Positions 55,265 to 59,749 of a stretch of DNA of 59,749 bases are shown one piece after another. The translations under genes and the position numbers were made by a program. Every line of letters starts with the position of its first letter. Within the stretch, counting starts at the first letter, position 1. The notes below the pieces were generated by a model, which saw only the letters and a program-made list of their open reading frames with translations, was not told the origin of the DNA and did no database searches. The stretch comes from a virus: UHGV virus genome UHGV-0185078, one strand, 5' to 3'.

Positions 55265-56137
55265 ATGAAAAAGAGTTCTGTAGCTATTAATGTTGGTATG
55301 GCTTTAATTAATCCACGCGCTCGCGGTGAAGGTGATGTGGAACTGGAATACGAATATGCATCTGCGGAAGAGATTCCGGCAGAGTTTGCTGCTCTTTACG
55401 CAGAGCAGGGCGGTAAATACGTTCTTGCAAAAGTTAAAGGTGTAGCCCCTGCTGATAGCGTTCGTCGTCTGGAAAGTGCGTTAGCTAAAGAACGTAACGA
55501 CCATCGTCAGGTGAAGCAACAGATTAGCGCACTTGGGCGTCCGGTTGAAGAAGTCCTTGCGGACCTTGATCGTATCCCTCAACTGGAAGCTGCCGCTAAC
55601 GGTAAAGGTACTCCGGAAGACATCGAAAAGATGGTTAAAGCCCGTCTTGCTCCACTCGAGCGTCAATTGCAAACTGTAGCAGCTGAACGCGATTCCGTTA
55701 AACAGGAAATTGAAGGCTACCGCACTCGCGAAACTAAAGCGAAGATTAAAGATGCAGTTATTGCCGCTGCTTCTGGTGCTAAATTGCGTCCATCCGCTAT
55801 CGAAGACGCTGTAACTTATGCACAGTTGCAGATGACCGTCGACGAGAACGGCAATGTGGTTACGAAAGATGGGGCTGGTGTAACTCCTTACCTGACTCCG
55901 GCTGACTGGCTGAACGAAATCCTTCCGAAACGTCCGCACTGGGTTGAAGGATCTGCTGGTGGTGGTGCATCTGGTCCGGGCGCTGGTGGCCATCACGGTG
56001 AAGATCCATACAGTCACGACGGTTGGAACATCTCTAAGCAGATGAACCTCTGGAAAACTAACCAATCTTTAGCTAAACGTTTAGCTGAAAAGAATGGCGT
56101 AGACCCGCTGAAGCCTGTACGTCCTGCTAAGAAATAA
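55265..56137 (+). CDS. scaffolding protein
   Basis: 290 aa, Ala/Glu/Lys-rich predicted coiled coil, directly upstream of the major capsid gene. Confidence 0.5.
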   Translation: MKKSSVAINVGMALINPRARGEGDVELEYEYASAEEIPAEFAALYAEQGGKYVLAKVKGVAPADSVRRLESALAKERNDHRQVKQQISALGRPVEEVLADLDRIPQLEAAANGKGTPEDIEKMVKARLAPLERQLQTVAAERDSVKQEIEGYRTRETKAKIKDAVIAAASGAKLRPSAIEDAVTYAQLQMTVDENGNVVTKDGAGVTPYLTPADWLNEILPKRPHWVEGSAGGGASGPGAGGHHGEDPYSHDGWNISKQMNLWKTNQSLAKRLAEKNGVDPLKPVRPAKK

Positions 56138-56138
56138 G

Positions 56139-56184
56139 TTGACATCCCGACGTCCCTGATGTTAAGTTTCAACACATCAGGGAC
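56139..56184 (+). promoter_or_regulatory. candidate promoter with overlapping 11-bp inverted repeat upstream of capsid gene
   Basis: TTGACA-18-TAAGTT; inverted repeat gtccctgatgt...acatcagggac spans the -10 region. Confidence 0.3.
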
Positions 56185-56259
56185 ACGGGTTCCTAAACAG
56201 CCTTCCACGGGGAAAGGCTACCAACAGTAAACAAATCAATCCTTTTCCTGGAGACAAGT

Positions 56260-57321
56260 ATGTCTAAATCTAAAATTATTCTACCATTTGGTCGTGGTGA
56301 AACTGACCTGACTCGTTTGAAGGATGTCATTGTCCCTGAAATCTTCACTGGTTATGTGCAGACGCAGACCGCTGAACTTTCTGCTCTGATTCAATCCGGT
56401 GCAGTTGTAATGGACGAGCGTTTATCTGCTAACCTTGCTGGTGCAGGTTTGACTTTTAACGAGCCGTTCTATAACGACCTGAAAGATGAAGACGAAGATA
56501 TCGCGGTTGATAAAGGTAATCCGTCCAAACCGTCAAACATCACTACCGGATCTGAAGTTCAGGTTCGTATGAGTCGTTCAAAATCCTGGGGTTCTGCGGA
56601 TCTGGTATCTGCTTTGATTGGTAACGACCCAATGACCGCTATCGGCAACCGCGTGTCTGCGTGGTGGGTTCGCCGTCTGCAAGCTGCATACATCGCAACC
56701 TGGAAAGGTGTATTTGCTAATGCGAAGAAATCCCATAACGACGATTTGACTTTCGATATTTCCGGTTCTTCGTTTGTAAACAACCAGACCAACTTTACCG
56801 CGTCTAACTTCATCAACGCAACTGCAACGATGGGTGATGCTGCTCGCGGTCTGACCATGATTATGGTACACTCTACCGTTCGTAACCGTATGCGTCAGTT
56901 GAACCTGATCGACTTCATTCCAGATGCTCGCGGTGAAACTCAGTTTGAGTATTATCAGGGTCTGCGTATTATTGAAGACGACTCCATGCCGCACGATCCG
57001 TCTACTGGTGTCTTCGAAAGCTGGCTGTTCGGTCCGGGCGCCACTGCAATGGGTGCTGGTTCACCAAAAGTTCCGACCGCTGTGGTTCGTGACGAAGCTG
57101 CTAACAATGGCGCTGGTGAAGAAGTTCTTCACAACCGTGTTGAATGGATTCTGCATCCGGTCGGTCATGCTTGGGCCGCTGCCCAAACTGCTAAAGGTGG
57201 TCCGTCTAACGCTGCTACCACTAACAACCTGGCCCATGAAGATTCCTGGCGTCGTGCGTTCCCTGAGCGCAAGCAGCTTAAAGTCGCACGCCTGATCACT
57301 CGTGAGTATCAGGGTTCCTAA
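56260..57321 (+). CDS. major capsid protein
   Basis: 353 aa; GGAG RBS; followed by a strong terminator; position after portal and scaffold. Confidence 0.7.
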   Translation: MSKSKIILPFGRGETDLTRLKDVIVPEIFTGYVQTQTAELSALIQSGAVVMDERLSANLAGAGLTFNEPFYNDLKDEDEDIAVDKGNPSKPSNITTGSEVQVRMSRSKSWGSADLVSALIGNDPMTAIGNRVSAWWVRRLQAAYIATWKGVFANAKKSHNDDLTFDISGSSFVNNQTNFTASNFINATATMGDAARGLTMIMVHSTVRNRMRQLNLIDFIPDARGETQFEYYQGLRIIEDDSMPHDPSTGVFESWLFGPGATAMGAGSPKVPTAVVRDEAANNGAGEEVLHNRVEWILHPVGHAWAAAQTAKGGPSNAATTNNLAHEDSWRRAFPERKQLKVARLITREYQGS

Positions 57322-57352
57322 GGCTTCACTCAACGCCGCGCTGTAGTATTTT

Positions 57353-57378
57353 GGGGACATTTATGTCCCCTCTTTTTT
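57353..57378 (+). terminator. rho-independent terminator after major capsid gene
   Basis: ggggacat-tt-atgtcccc hairpin followed by tctttttt. Confidence 0.75.
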
Positions 57379-57390
57379 AGGAGAACAACC

Positions 57391-57714
57391 ATGCGTTATC
57401 AACGTTATGAACGACATGACTTGATGGAAAAATCGTTGCAGGTGGAGCCAATTTCGATTACTCTTGATCCTGCTAAGATTGACACCACAACTTCAGAAGT
57501 AAAGACGGTTACTGTTAAAATAAACTTTGTCCCAGGCGGAACTACAAACAAAGCGTATAGCGCGTCAGTTGACGGTTCCTCTGCTACAATTAAAGACAAC
57601 GGGGACGGTACAATTACCGTGACCACAACCGCAAGCAGTGGTACTTCAAACTTGACAGTAACGTCCAAGGCAAAGGATAGTGTTACTGGTACATGTGTTA
57701 TTAATGTGACCTAA
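57391..57714 (+). CDS. Ig-like (Big_2-type) domain protein, possible capsid decoration protein
   Basis: 107 aa, Thr/Ser/Val-rich beta-strand pattern typical of bacterial Ig-like domains. Confidence 0.55.
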   Translation: MRYQRYERHDLMEKSLQVEPISITLDPAKIDTTTSEVKTVTVKINFVPGGTTNKAYSASVDGSSATIKDNGDGTITVTTTASSGTSNLTVTSKAKDSVTGTCVINVT

Positions 57715-57730
57715 AAATAAGGATTAAACA

Positions 57731-58384
57731 ATGAAGACATTAATTGAAGCATTGTTAGAACTTGATCCGGATAACCCGAATCATTGGACTAGCGACGGTC
57801 TACCTAAAGTTGACGCTCTGCGTTTCGCTACTGCTAACCCGTCTTTAACCCGCGACGATATTACAACTGCTGCTCCGCTGTTTACTCGCGATAACCGCGT
57901 GCTGGAAGAGCCAGAGCCAGTGGAACCTGTTAAATCTGCTGATCCAGTTTTACATGAAGCTGTCAAACAGGAGAAAGCTCATGAAGAACAAAAGAAAGTC
58001 GCGGTTGCAACGATGCAAATCGAAGTTAAGATTAGCGAAGCACTGCGTGCTCTTCTGGAGCCGGAAAAAATCGGTGACACTTCCAGCCTAAGCGATGAAG
58101 AGCTAAAAGCGAAGCGTGAAAAGCTTAGCAATGTGGTTAAAGAGATTGCCCACACTAAGCACGCGCTGGAGCTTGCTATTACCGACGTTCAAGCGGATCT
58201 GGATAAGATTATCGTTGAGCAGGAAAGTCGTCGTCCTAAGTCCGGTCTTACTGCAACTCAGATGTATCTCGAGGCGCAGAAAAAACGTAAACCTGAAGAC
58301 ATGCTTTCTGACCATCGCTTCCAGAACCCTATTGACGATCCGGTTGCCCGTATGGTTGCACGTAATATGATGCGTCGAGGTTAA
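57731..58384 (+). CDS. hypothetical structural-module protein
   Basis: 217 aa, acidic coiled-coil-rich. Confidence 0.4.
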   Translation: MKTLIEALLELDPDNPNHWTSDGLPKVDALRFATANPSLTRDDITTAAPLFTRDNRVLEEPEPVEPVKSADPVLHEAVKQEKAHEEQKKVAVATMQIEVKISEALRALLEPEKIGDTSSLSDEELKAKREKLSNVVKEIAHTKHALELAITDVQADLDKIIVEQESRRPKSGLTATQMYLEAQKKRKPEDMLSDHRFQNPIDDPVARMVARNMMRRG

Positions 58385-58522
58385 TCATGGAAATGAGCCA
58401 TAGACAATATGTGTTGTGGCTCCTCCGACGTAATAGAAAACGGCGTCAAGAAGACGCCGTTTCTGTTCCTGAAGAAGAGCTCCCGCCACTTATCCCTACA
58501 ACCATCGCAATGAGGAAGAAAG

Positions 58523-59029
58523 ATGGAGATTCCACTGATAGTTGAAGATGGTACTGGTGTACCGGACGCCAACAGTTATGTGACCATTGAACAAGTCCGC
58601 ATGTATGCAGCAATGCGAGGTATTGTACTTCCAAGTGAAGATGAAGATCTAAAGACAAAGATCTTTGACGCTATGGATTTTGTGGAAGGGTACAGCCAAC
58701 GCTTTAAAGGTTATAAAATTGACCCACAGCAACCGCTAAATTGGCCACGCTACGGGGTGTTTGTGGACGGGTTCGAGCTACCCCAAAGCCCCTTACCAAA
58801 GGCGCTTATAAACGCTGTTTGCCAGCTTACAGCGGACTCATCTACTGGCGGTCCTCTTAATGGGAAAACTACTGCATACGCAGTCAAAAGAACTAAAGTA
58901 GAAGGTCTTGAGATTGAATATGCAACTGGTAGCACCGCACAGTCCGGTCCAGCAAAAACATATGATAAAGCTATGACGTTTTTATCACCTTTGCTGGGTT
59001 ATCAAATGGGTAATAGATTGATACGGTGA
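58523..59029 (+). CDS. head-tail connector protein (gp6-like)
   Basis: 168 aa; position between capsid and tail genes. Confidence 0.45.
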   Translation: MEIPLIVEDGTGVPDANSYVTIEQVRMYAAMRGIVLPSEDEDLKTKIFDAMDFVEGYSQRFKGYKIDPQQPLNWPRYGVFVDGFELPQSPLPKALINAVCQLTADSSTGGPLNGKTTAYAVKRTKVEGLEIEYATGSTAQSGPAKTYDKAMTFLSPLLGYQMGNRLIR

Positions 59030-59032
59030 TTT

Positions 59033-59413
59033 ATGAGCTTTCCTTACGAGCAGCTAGTTGAAGCCGCAAAGCAAATGATCAACGATGCTGGTGTTAACTG
59101 TACCCTTGTGGTTATGGAGCAAGGGGAAGGTCAAGATGAATGGGACGATCCAAGCGTTGAAAAACGATACCCATTCATTGGAGCTTTCCTTTCACCAAAG
59201 GAAAAGATGATTGGTGGCAGCCTTGTTTCTGCTGGTGAACTGAAAGTGTTAACTTACCCAATGACACCTCCATTGACTCGCGATAAAGCAATGACTGCAC
59301 GCATTGAGCGTATGTCGCCGGATGGGGAGCTGGAAGTGTGGACCATAAATGAGTTTGTTGATACACGACCAGCTAACGTTTCTGTTCTTTACACTTTTAA
59401 GGTGACGCGATAA
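59033..59413 (+). CDS. head-tail joining (head closure) protein
   Basis: 126 aa; position in neck module. Confidence 0.45.
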   Translation: MSFPYEQLVEAAKQMINDAGVNCTLVVMEQGEGQDEWDDPSVEKRYPFIGAFLSPKEKMIGGSLVSAGELKVLTYPMTPPLTRDKAMTARIERMSPDGELEVWTINEFVDTRPANVSVLYTFKVTR

Positions 59414-59749
59414 TGGGATTCGGGGCGGATATTCGACGTGCGAGCCAGAAGGTACTTGTTCAGACAAGCGAGCAAGCCAAAAAAGTCGTTGTCAAGTTCA
59501 CAGAGAACGTGATACAGGATACTCCTGTTAAGACCGGACGTACAAAAGGTGGTTGGCGGTCATCCATTGGCGCGCCGTATGCAACGGAAACTATCCGCCT
59601 CGATCCTACTGGAGAGATGGCTAAAGCTGAAGCCCGAGTTGTTGCACGTCAACTACCTAATGATAAAGACTGGACTTTCTATTTTAGCAACCTGACACCA
59701 TATGCTGGCAAACTGGAGTTCTTAGGTTGGTCACAGCAAGCTCCGAACG
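59413..59749 (+). CDS. neck/tail-completion protein (HK97 gp10-like), 5' part, runs off window end
   Basis: ATG 59413 (GGTGA RBS) overlapping upstream stop; open to the last base of the window. Confidence 0.5.
   Translation, partial: MGFGADIRRASQKVLVQTSEQAKKVVVKFTENVIQDTPVKTGRTKGGWRSSIGAPYATETIRLDPTGEMAKAEARVVARQLPNDKDWTFYFSNLTPYAGKLEFLGWSQQAPN

Noticed and set aside
1-59749. CRISPR array
   Set aside because: No regularly spaced identical repeats with unique spacers; the repeat clusters found (42464-42740, 37294-37423) are irregular iteron-like motifs
1-59749. tRNA or rRNA genes
   Set aside because: No cloverleaf-compatible sequence with a GTTCRA T-loop found in the intergenic regions by eye; not excluded without tRNAscan-type search
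1-59749. Integrase / repressor lysogeny module
   Set aside because: No tyrosine or serine recombinase signature and no CI-like repressor recognised; the genome looks virulent

Overview
The window reads as an essentially complete, circularly contiguous genome of a tailed dsDNA phage of enterobacteria (about 59.7 kb, lambda-like siphovirus tail module, no integrase or repressor module recognised, so probably virulent). An ORF that starts at 59413 runs off the 3' end and, if the ends are joined, continues in frame to a stop at 69-71 overlapping the next ATG. Two divergent transcription units meet at a control region around 44540-44916. Rightward (+) genes: small early genes, SLOG-like protein, papain/C39-like peptidase, HslV/proteasome-like Ntn hydrolase, lysis cassette (endolysin, holin, overlapping i/o-spanins), terminase small and large subunits, portal, scaffold, major capsid, neck proteins, major tail protein, G/GT chaperone pair with a -1 frameshift site, tape measure, M/L/K/J-like tip proteins, tail fiber with C-terminal S74 chaperone domain. 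Leftward (-) genes: primase-helicase, two HNH endonucleases, dUTPase, RNase H, ATP-dependent ligase, Sak4-like ATPase, SSB-like protein, RecB/Cas4-like nuclease, SF2 helicase, a complete 7-deazaguanine DNA-modification pathway (folE, queD, queE, queC, dpdA with unassigned ORFs and a membrane protein interleaved), sliding-clamp homolog translationally coupled to a family-B DNA polymerase, and small membrane/secreted proteins. By gene content and size this resembles the Seuratvirus/Nonagvirus-type coliphages that carry dPreQ0 or dG+ in their DNA; that attribution is from memory, not a search. Most interesting items: unassigned genes inside the deazaguanine cluster, an iteron plus AT-rich candidate origin (42464-42935), a GC-rich structured non-coding island between the HNH genes (37186-37491), a peptidase cluster (C39-like plus HslV-like), a glycine-zipper/Cys-cluster protein after the tail fiber, and two paralogous Lys/Ala-rich proteins sharing a C-terminal domain. 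All functional calls rest on motif recognition by eye; no database search or folding computation was run.
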